Shown piece by piece: positions 52,073 through 58,653 of a DNA stretch of 58,653 nucleotides. Origin of the DNA: a virus. The translations under genes and the position numbers were made by a program. Below the pieces are notes generated by a model that searched no databases, had not been told where the DNA came from, and worked only from the letters and a program-made list of their open reading frames with translations. The stretch lies in the IMG/VR virus record IMGVR_UViG_3300006217_000050; one strand, written 5' to 3'. Every line of letters starts with the position of its first letter. The first letter of the stretch is position 1.

Positions 52073-53194
52073 TCACTCTTCTATGTAGTCAAATATTTCC
52101 ATCTGTCCACTCGCATTTGCCTTATTTTCTTTTTCCTTTTTTAATCTAGAGTTCTTGTAGTCGTTATACTTCTTACGATACTCATAGCTTTTTCCGAATA
52201 TATTCCATGCGGCCTTCACAACATTGGGCTCGTATGGGCGTATCTTCTCCAGGTCGTCTACCGCCTTATATGAGATTGGACAACCACAGCATCCTGTCCT
52301 TGTGAGACCATAAACCTCATATGCATCCGAATATCTAATCCCAAACTGTGCTTTGTACCAGTCCTTGTCTTTGTCTGTGACATAGTAAAGCGGCCTGAAC
52401 CTGTACTGCCCGCTACTTGTCTCCGTAAAGCAGAGCGCCGTATTATCTTTTCTGGGCACCGACCGCATTCCACCCTCGTCCCTGCGCTCTCCGGTAATTA
52501 TCATCTCATAATCTTTCTGGACACTGTGCGCCACCTGTTTTTTGCAATAATCACAGCATTTTGCGCTGATCTGAAAATCCGGTGGGTACTCACCAATAAA
52601 ATCTCGCATATATTTTGACGAGTTAATCACAAGCTGTATATTCGGTCTTGGCTCACCCGCTGAATTGCAGCAACATAAAAAATTGATTATGCTCTCACAT
52701 TTGGGAAACCTCTCACTCAGCTCCCGTCTTTTTGCCGCCTTATTCTCTGCCTGTTCATATTCATCAGCTATTTGCAGGGGGATCCCCTTTTTCTGCCACC
52801 CCTCAAGTCCAGCAGACATTATTTTTGACACGAATGGAACACCATGTTCCCTCACCGCCTGCACAATGCCAACCTTCGGCCTAACTTCTTCAATTTCCAC
52901 TCCATACTTTTCCCCAGTTGCCTTTACATGGTCTTTTATGGCATTCATCTCCAGGCCTGTATTGAAGAATACATACTTGACCGGCGGAAGGGACGGAGAA
53001 ATTTTCCTCGCTGACTCAATCAGGTCAATCATAATGTCGCTGTCCGCTCCCCCTGAATAAGAGCATATGGCCCTCGGGTGCTGTCTGAGATGCGTCATTA
53101 TAATCCCTGTTATCGCTTGGAATTTTTCCGGAGCATCAAGGTCAGCATAATCTGGCCTATCTGTATATACTTTGCTTCTGTATGGTTCGCTCAT
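52073..53194 (-). CDS. PAPS-reductase/PP-loop family protein (DndC/IbrA-like)
   Basis: PP-loop SYSGGADS and a C-terminal Cys cluster RTGCCGCP. Confidence 0.7.
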   Translation of the reverse strand: MSEPYRSKVYTDRPDYADLDAPEKFQAITGIIMTHLRQHPRAICSYSGGADSDIMIDLIESARKISPSLPPVKYVFFNTGLEMNAIKDHVKATGEKYGVEIEEVRPKVGIVQAVREHGVPFVSKIMSAGLEGWQKKGIPLQIADEYEQAENKAAKRRELSERFPKCESIINFLCCCNSAGEPRPNIQLVINSSKYMRDFIGEYPPDFQISAKCCDYCKKQVAHSVQKDYEMIITGERRDEGGMRSVPRKDNTALCFTETSSGQYRFRPLYYVTDKDKDWYKAQFGIRYSDAYEVYGLTRTGCCGCPISYKAVDDLEKIRPYEPNVVKAAWNIFGKSYEYRKKYNDYKNSRLKKEKENKANASGQMEIFDYIEE

Positions 53195-53255
53195 ATTTTC
53201 ATCAAGGAACCCGGCGCGCCTTATTCCCGGGAAGGTTCCGGCTCCTTTCTGAAAG

Positions 53256-53459
53256 TTAAATTGTCTTTAAAAACTTCTTCATAACCTTAGATCTGTAATC
53301 TTGTGTCTTTTGATAGGCTTCGTTCTTTTTCAGGCGCAACACGTTCTTTCTTCTGCTAATCTGTACATCATATATTTTATGTCTGCACATGTAATTGCAC
53401 ATTGCCCTCTGTGCCTTAGCAGCACTTTGGGTATCCACATAATTCTTGTTATAGTTCAT
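53256..53459 (-). CDS. small basic protein
   Basis: 67-aa ORF, Lys/Arg-rich. Confidence 0.45.
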   Translation of the reverse strand: MNYNKNYVDTQSAAKAQRAMCNYMCRHKIYDVQISRRKNVLRLKKNEAYQKTQDYRSKVMKKFLKTI

Positions 53460-53521
53460 GGAGCTTGAACTATAAAATGCCTTAAAAATTACAGCGGGCC
53501 TATCCTGTAATGGCTTTTATT

Positions 53522-54358
53522 CTATTCTTGGCATCTTTCCTCCATAGCCTTGCGCCGCTTTGCCAATATCTTCCCATATACTCCACATTCTTCCAAAGGA
53601 ACCTCTCTCAACACCATCACTTCAGCACATCTTACCTTCCCTGGGCATCCGCAAGGGAGAACAATTCCATCAAGCTCAGCTCCGACCTCCAAGATTGCCA
53701 GATCATCCCACTCACAGCCAAAATCAAGCGCCCAAGCCAGATATGCAATATGTATCCCATGACTGCAGTCGTCAGTTGGATCTGGATCAAGGTAATCCGC
53801 AGCTACTGTTTTCCCAATCACATAAACAAAATCCGAATCCTGATCAGAAAAATATACACCATCTTTCTTATGCACAGCCTTAAAGAATCTTCCAGTTTTT
53901 TTATCATGCTTTATACCATAGAACGAACAATATTCCTCAATTGTCTTTGGCATATACACAACCCTGGCATTACCAGTGATTTCGACCCGTCCCCCTCTCG
54001 TCAGATCAACCACTTGAACATTTCCATTAGCCACGACACTGCTGTTCTCCCGGGCCTCGACACTGCTGTTCTCCCAGGCCACGACACTGCTGTTCCCCCG
54101 GGCCACGACACTGCTGTTCTCCCGGGCCTCGACACTGCTGTTCTCCCGGGCCTCGACACTGCTGTTCTCCCGGGCCTCGACACTGCTGTTCTCCCAGGCC
54201 ACGACACGCTTACAATAATTCTTTCTAACGACAGCCTTGTCCCACACCGTCCCGAACTCAATATAGATCCGCCCTGCGAAGTTATCCGGAATGGCGTCAA
54301 GCTCGCTCTGCTTCTTTACCGTAATTTCCTCCAATTTGCTGTAATCAATGTTTTCCAT
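53522..54358 (-). CDS. Repeat-containing protein (8-aa beta-solenoid-like repeats) with a Cys/His C-terminal domain
   Basis: ENSSVEAR/GNSSVVAW repeated about 8 times. C-terminus DDCSHGIHIA...LPCGCPGKVRC. Confidence 0.6.
   Translation of the reverse strand: MENIDYSKLEEITVKKQSELDAIPDNFAGRIYIEFGTVWDKAVVRKNYCKRVVAWENSSVEARENSSVEARENSSVEARENSSVVARGNSSVVAWENSSVEARENSSVVANGNVQVVDLTRGGRVEITGNARVVYMPKTIEEYCSFYGIKHDKKTGRFFKAVHKKDGVYFSDQDSDFVYVIGKTVAADYLDPDPTDDCSHGIHIAYLAWALDFGCEWDDLAILEVGAELDGIVLPCGCPGKVRCAEVMVLREVPLEECGVYGKILAKRRKAMEERCQE
54031..54208 (-). repeat. 24-bp in-frame tandem repeat, about 7.5 near-identical copies
   Basis: The cga phase marker recurs at 54034, 54058, 54082, 54106, 54130, 54154, 54178 and 54202. 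Confidence 0.9.
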
Positions 54359-54396
54359 GTGCTTCCTCCACTAATCACATTTCCTGACTTATGAAA

Positions 54397-54624
54397 TTAA
54401 TTCCTGTTATTCTTAAAGTCTTCAGCAAGCCCGTTAATAATGGGTACCCATGAAAGGACCAAAGTCTGAGCGAACAACATCATATTCTTTTTCCCATTAT
54501 ATTCATGTACCAATGCCGCGGCTTTATCTGTATAATCCTTTACTTTATGGTCTTCCAGAAACTCTTTGTATATCCTCCACAGCGTGTTCTGGATATTTTT
54601 GATGTCCTCTAATTTTTCCTGCAT
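54397..54624 (-). CDS. hypothetical small protein
   Basis: 75-aa ORF. Confidence 0.5.
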   Translation of the reverse strand: MQEKLEDIKNIQNTLWRIYKEFLEDHKVKDYTDKAAALVHEYNGKKNMMLFAQTLVLSWVPIINGLAEDFKNNRN

Positions 54625-54636
54625 GATAATTTCCTA

Positions 54637-54833
54637 ATTACACATTTTTGTTAAAAGTGACACGTAGTTACACCAGCACATTACACTGAAAAGTCCAATA
54701 TTTATGCGGTGTTTACACTAGTTACACCATTTTGCCACTGTTTTAAAAAATCATGATTCATATATTGAATATGCATATTTACATACATCAGTATAGGCAC
54801 ACTTTTTGTGGTGTAATTAGTGTAAAAGTGTAA
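54637..54833. promoter_or_regulatory. Candidate replication origin: TTACAC/GTGTAA iterons flanking an AT-rich core
   Basis: TAGTTACACC at 54665 and 54719. TTACAC also at 54637, 54681 and 54713. Inverted GTGTAA at 54811, 54820 and 54828. AT-rich 54740..54800. Confidence 0.55.
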
Positions 54834-54842
54834 CCAAATATG

Positions 54843-56711
54843 TCAATCAAAAGGCAGCTTCATCTGTTCATCAACCTTGATAAAGCCATGTTCATCTGTC
54901 TCAAGTTCCGAATCATCTAAAACATTCTCAACCTTTACCCAAACACACCGCACCAGCGTACCGTTAATCTTTGTAGGCTTCGTGTTCTTGTCACCATACT
55001 TGTCAATCAGCTTTTTCTTAGCCGCCCATGACAAGAAAGATTTCTTTGAAAATCCCCCGGATTTACATAATTCATCAAAAGCGTGGTTGAAAAACACGGC
55101 AAAATCACCTCTCATGATTCCCCATTTTTCGCAGTTCGTTTCAGCATCAAAGCGAATTTCATTCATTGCCACTTTGTCTATTATGTACCGGTAGCACCGC
55201 TCATTGTCAGACAACTCATTTCGGTCAATAAGCACCTTTTTCGCTTCATCAATAGAAATATACTGCCCGTCATTAAAAAGCATGTCTGTGGCAATTTTAT
55301 CCGCTGTCAGGATGATGGAAAGCGATATACTTTGCTTCTGCATCTTATCATCATCAAAAAGCTGCAGCTGAAAGCCTTTCTGTATCTCCCTGATCGCATC
55401 CGCTCCCATAGCCTTTATGACTTCAACAAAATCTTTCCCAGCAAAACCGTAGTTTTGTTTCAGCGTGTCGGCGGTCTGCTGCGGGTCTGTATAAACCTTT
55501 TCTCCGCACTCAATTTCCAAAATACGGTTGATTGCACCGCCCTGGCTGACATAAGATGTCAGAGGTCGCTCACCATTCGTCAGTATACAGTTGTTCCAGT
55601 GGCTTTCCGTATTGATTCCTATATCCCGGTTGGAACGTGTCTTCCCCTTGCCGGAGCAGAGGTCATATACCACGCCCTCAAAATTTTCCTCTATACGCCT
55701 GTTCTTCTTGCTCGTGTCGTCCAGAATCATCGGCAGGTGATTTAGCATGTTCGCCTTCGCTTCCAAGGCCACATCCGTTGTTTTAAAATCCCCAATGTAT
55801 GCACTCTCTGCCGGATTCGCCCATACAGAAGCTGCCAGCATCAGCGTGACGGTCTTCCCACCTTCTGTCTCACCCCATAGGTCAACAAAAAATGGTAATG
55901 CTCCTATTGGGTGGATTAGTACGCTTGCAAAGGATGCCGCCAACATCAGTTTTATTTCCATTCTGCCGGACTGGCGCAAACTCCTGACATGCTTATACCA
56001 TTTGTCCCGGCTCCCACGCTCCCCAATGTTCTCAAACAGTTGCCGGAACCGGCTGTCTCCGTCAAAAGTGATTTCTGTATCATAGGGCAGAAATTCCTTC
56101 TTAATCCACCCTAACTTTGAACTGGAATATTGCACTGCTATTTGCCCCGTATTGCGGTTTTCCACGTCGGACAGGTATCTTACCAGAAGCTTCGCGTTTT
56201 CGCTCGTTACAGCCACTCCACGGCCTGATAAAGCCACTATTTTACTGGCAGAGGTAATCATAACCTTTGGCACAATTATTTCTTCCCAACGCCCATTACG
56301 CTTAAAGGCAAGCCTAATCTGTTCCTCTCCCGTTTCAAGATTTTTTAGGCGCTCAATAGGCAAAATGGGATGATAACAGGCTATCTGTTCCACCTGGGAC
56401 ATATTTTGAGCATATATGCCATTTTCCTCGGCAAGCCACGAGCCGCAATACATATTTTCATATGGACCGTCAAAGTTGGTATAATTATTTATTCCAGATG
56501 ATTCCTGCCGCTTTTTCTGCTTTGTTTCTCGATCAACTCGTTTGTAAGCTTTCACCATCTGGTCAAATTTACCCTTTACATGAAACCGCTCCGCCACTTC
56601 CTGCGCTGATAACAGCAGCCTTGCTTTGTATATCTCATTCTCCTGTGAAAAAATTTCCTCAAAAACTTCATCCGAAAGGATTGTCTTTTCATTCATTTTT
56701 GCTAAATTCAT
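54843..56711 (-). CDS. DUF927/SF3-type replicative helicase (primase-helicase-like)
   Basis: 622 aa. Walker A GETEGGKT, Walker B LPMILDD. Confidence 0.7.
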   Translation of the reverse strand: MNLAKMNEKTILSDEVFEEIFSQENEIYKARLLLSAQEVAERFHVKGKFDQMVKAYKRVDRETKQKKRQESSGINNYTNFDGPYENMYCGSWLAEENGIYAQNMSQVEQIACYHPILPIERLKNLETGEEQIRLAFKRNGRWEEIIVPKVMITSASKIVALSGRGVAVTSENAKLLVRYLSDVENRNTGQIAVQYSSSKLGWIKKEFLPYDTEITFDGDSRFRQLFENIGERGSRDKWYKHVRSLRQSGRMEIKLMLAASFASVLIHPIGALPFFVDLWGETEGGKTVTLMLAASVWANPAESAYIGDFKTTDVALEAKANMLNHLPMILDDTSKKNRRIEENFEGVVYDLCSGKGKTRSNRDIGINTESHWNNCILTNGERPLTSYVSQGGAINRILEIECGEKVYTDPQQTADTLKQNYGFAGKDFVEVIKAMGADAIREIQKGFQLQLFDDDKMQKQSISLSIILTADKIATDMLFNDGQYISIDEAKKVLIDRNELSDNERCYRYIIDKVAMNEIRFDAETNCEKWGIMRGDFAVFFNHAFDELCKSGGFSKKSFLSWAAKKKLIDKYGDKNTKPTKINGTLVRCVWVKVENVLDDSELETDEHGFIKVDEQMKLPFD

Positions 56712-56732
56712 AGATTTATCTCTCCCGGATTA

Positions 56733-57242
56733 TTATTTTAAATGTCCTATAACTTCATAGCATTGTTCTGGGTCATTCAATACTTCCCATAGATATTCCT
56801 GGTACTGCAATGCATTATACGTATTTGCCCAAGCGTCAGAAAGCGGCTCTAGGCGGTCAAGCCATTTGCGATAGACCCTCATCAGAAGATAGTTAAGTTT
56901 TCTTTTATTCTTCAACTTTTCCTCAATCTTCTGCTGCATTTCACGCTTTTTCTGTACCTGGTAAATCTTTAACCTGGTGGAGAAACTGTTGTCAGAATCC
57001 CCACCAAGCTCTTTAAATGCCTCTTTAAAGGTCAATCCATCCATCAGCATAGCAAAAGTAAATATGTCCCCGTTTGCGCCGCATCCAAAGCAATTAAAAT
57101 CTTTATTGTATATCTTCATGCTGGCCGTTTTTTCTTTATGGAACGGGCAGCATATAAAACCTGCCCTGTTCGGTTGCGGTAGCCCATACCGCTCTAGTAT
57201 ATCTTTCATGGAATATAGGTCTTTTATTTCTTCCTTAGTCAT
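56733..57242 (-). CDS. CHC2 zinc-finger (DnaG-type) primase-associated protein
   Basis: ATG 57242. CCPFHKEKTASMKIYNKDFNCFGCGANGD. Confidence 0.65.
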   Translation of the reverse strand: MTKEEIKDLYSMKDILERYGLPQPNRAGFICCPFHKEKTASMKIYNKDFNCFGCGANGDIFTFAMLMDGLTFKEAFKELGGDSDNSFSTRLKIYQVQKKREMQQKIEEKLKNKRKLNYLLMRVYRKWLDRLEPLSDAWANTYNALQYQEYLWEVLNDPEQCYEVIGHLK

Positions 57243-57747
57243 GCAAACCACCAAGAAGATCAATGATTTTCTGCCCCGTTTCCTCTTTCTGACAGAAGAC
57301 AAATTCAACCGAATAGCGGTCTCTTATCGTACACAGCGACTTGTAAAGCTGATTTCCGTCCACTGCTTTTGCTGATATTACATCCTTCACACGCTTGCCG
57401 TTGACTGTCTTCCAACGTATTTGATATTTGCGTGGATTCTGCCAGAAATACACGTCCTCAAGACTCTTTATATCCGGCCCATGCTCGCAGAGTATAACCA
57501 ATTTTATCCCCTGCTCCTTTGCACGAAGCAATTCCGATCTGAAGCGTTCATGTTGTTTGCTACTTACATTACTGCAAATTTCCTGCAAGTCCTTTTTCCG
57601 GTCAATTACCAATCTCGGATTGTCTAAGGACTGATAATCTCCTACATAAAGTTTTGAGCGAAAATACTGTACTCCCAGCGCGTCAAACTGACCTTTTATC
57701 CGCTCCCATTCCTTGTTGTGCTCACGGGTATCTACTTGTATCTGCAT
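57235..57747 (-). CDS. ERCC4/XPF-type nuclease (candidate junction resolvase)
   Basis: VDTRE ... YVGDY ... IDRKKDLQE. Confidence 0.6.
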   Translation of the reverse strand: MQIQVDTREHNKEWERIKGQFDALGVQYFRSKLYVGDYQSLDNPRLVIDRKKDLQEICSNVSSKQHERFRSELLRAKEQGIKLVILCEHGPDIKSLEDVYFWQNPRKYQIRWKTVNGKRVKDVISAKAVDGNQLYKSLCTIRDRYSVEFVFCQKEETGQKIIDLLGGLHD

Positions 57748-57759
57748 ATCATCACCACC

Positions 57760-58371
57760 TTAGTTAAAGGGCAGCTCGTCCTCAAAACCATCAGGAATAT
57801 TCATAAACCCGTCACTTCCTGGTGTTCCATAGTTCGGAAATCCGCCATTCTGTTTCCATTCCTTATACGCCTTTGTTTCGCTCATATCCGGCACAGCAGA
57901 ATCCGCAACCTTGTCAAGCGATACAAACCACCGCAGGACACGCTTTTTCTTTTCCTCGCCGTTGTAGTAGTCCATCTGCTCCCCGAATACGCCACCGATT
58001 TTCTTGTCCTTGAAACACTGGCAGAACTTATCCCCCCACTGGACAGAGAACCCGGCGTTGGAATGCTCTACGCACGTTGTGAATGTCTTGAAATTGCGCG
58101 TGCATTTCCCCTCTGCATCCTCTGTCAATATGTACTGCGTTGCCTGGTTCGGCCATTTCTTATCCGGCCGGATATCGTTCTGGAACTGCTCCATGAAATA
58201 TCCCGGCTGCTTATCGTCGTCTGCAAAGTCAAACAGCACAACAATCATATCCTTGCCGGTTTTCGACTTCGTTTCGTTGACCTGCTTGATTACCAGCTTA
58301 TGCCCTCCAAGTTCCACGGGGGTAAATTCTCCCCCAGCCTGCGTCTCGTCATAATTATTAGGCTTCTGCAT
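57760..58371 (-). CDS. DUF669-type single-stranded DNA-binding protein
   Basis: 203 aa. Acidic C-terminal tail DGFEDELPFN, as in SSB tips. Neighbour of the Sak4-like ATPase. Confidence 0.6.
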   Translation of the reverse strand: MQKPNNYDETQAGGEFTPVELGGHKLVIKQVNETKSKTGKDMIVVLFDFADDDKQPGYFMEQFQNDIRPDKKWPNQATQYILTEDAEGKCTRNFKTFTTCVEHSNAGFSVQWGDKFCQCFKDKKIGGVFGEQMDYYNGEEKKKRVLRWFVSLDKVADSAVPDMSETKAYKEWKQNGGFPNYGTPGSDGFMNIPDGFEDELPFN

Positions 58372-58374
58372 ATC

Positions 58375-58539
58375 CTACCTCCATGTGGTTTCTTTTTTCT
58401 TTTCTACACTCTTTTCTCCATACTTCAATTCTACAGCCTTTACTTCTCCATCATCATTTGCATGCACTTTCATATCCACAAGATTCAATTCCTGTAATAT
58501 TTCCCACAAAGGTTTACTATAAAGTTCACCTAACTTCAT
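58375..58539 (-). CDS. hypothetical small protein (54 aa, below the ORF-track cutoff)
   Basis: ATG 58539. MKLGELYSKPLWEILQELNLVDMKVHANDDGEVKAVELKYGEKSVEKKKETTWR. Confidence 0.4.
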   Translation of the reverse strand: MKLGELYSKPLWEILQELNLVDMKVHANDDGEVKAVELKYGEKSVEKKKETTWR

Positions 58540-58544
58540 TCTTT

Positions 58545-58653
58545 CTTAATCCTCCTTGTAATAATCCCTGATTGCCTTTTCCACCAAAAGCAAGTCATTG
58601 TCGATTGTCAGCGTTTCAAACATTCCAATGGGAGATTTACTCACCGCCCCGTC
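58545..58653. repeat. Terminal direct repeat, right copy (identical to 1..109)
   Basis: Identity with the first 109 nt. Confidence 0.95.

Noticed and set aside
54031-54208. Possible CRISPR array
   Set aside because: The 24-bp units are directly adjacent with no spacers, are in-frame inside a CDS, and no cas genes are present.
53510-54394. 294-aa plus-strand ORF and 54001..54300 minus-strand alternative frame
   Set aside because: They are kept open only by the 24-bp tandem repeat. The 53522..54358 frame has a sensible start and RBS and non-repeat domains.

Overview
The window is a complete, circularly closed genome of a temperate siphovirus-like phage. Bases 1..109 are identical to 58545..58653, so the unique length is 58,544 bp. 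The host is probably a Firmicutes/Clostridia-type bacterium, which is an inference from gene families only. Almost everything outside about 4.1-14.9 kb is transcribed leftward on the minus strand. In transcription order this runs: a Cro-like early region (4018 to 654), a recombination/replication module that crosses the junction (Sak4-like ATPase, DUF669-type SSB, ERCC4 nuclease, CHC2 zinc-finger protein, DUF927/SF3-type helicase, iteron origin), and a DNA-modification pair (C5-methyltransferase plus PAPS-reductase-like protein). Packaging follows (TerS, TerL, portal, MuF-like), then head, head-tail and tail genes (TMP, Dit-like, Tal-like, a 1172-aa fibre) and lysis (XhlA-like, holin, amidase). 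The rightward lysogeny/accessory arm (4169..14860) carries a CI-like repressor, an ImmA-like protease, a tyrosine integrase with an attP built on a tRNA 3' fragment, and many AT-rich accessory (moron-like) genes.

The observations most worth follow-up are:
- Two divergent standalone HslV/proteasome-beta-like Ntn hydrolases. Each is overlapped by a convergent small gene.
- Eleven copies of a fixed-geometry promoter-like motif, (T/A)TGG(T/C)ACAA-N19-TAnnAT.
- An approximately 1.1-kb ORF-poor RNA locus holding one good tRNA-Tyr plus several tRNA-like minihelices.
- Five domain-shuffled antirepressor-like genes.
- A cargo island inside the tail module, bracketed by duplicated 50-codon genes.
- A self-contained acr/aca-like cassette.

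All functional calls rest on reading the translated ORFs and motifs by eye. No database search was run.
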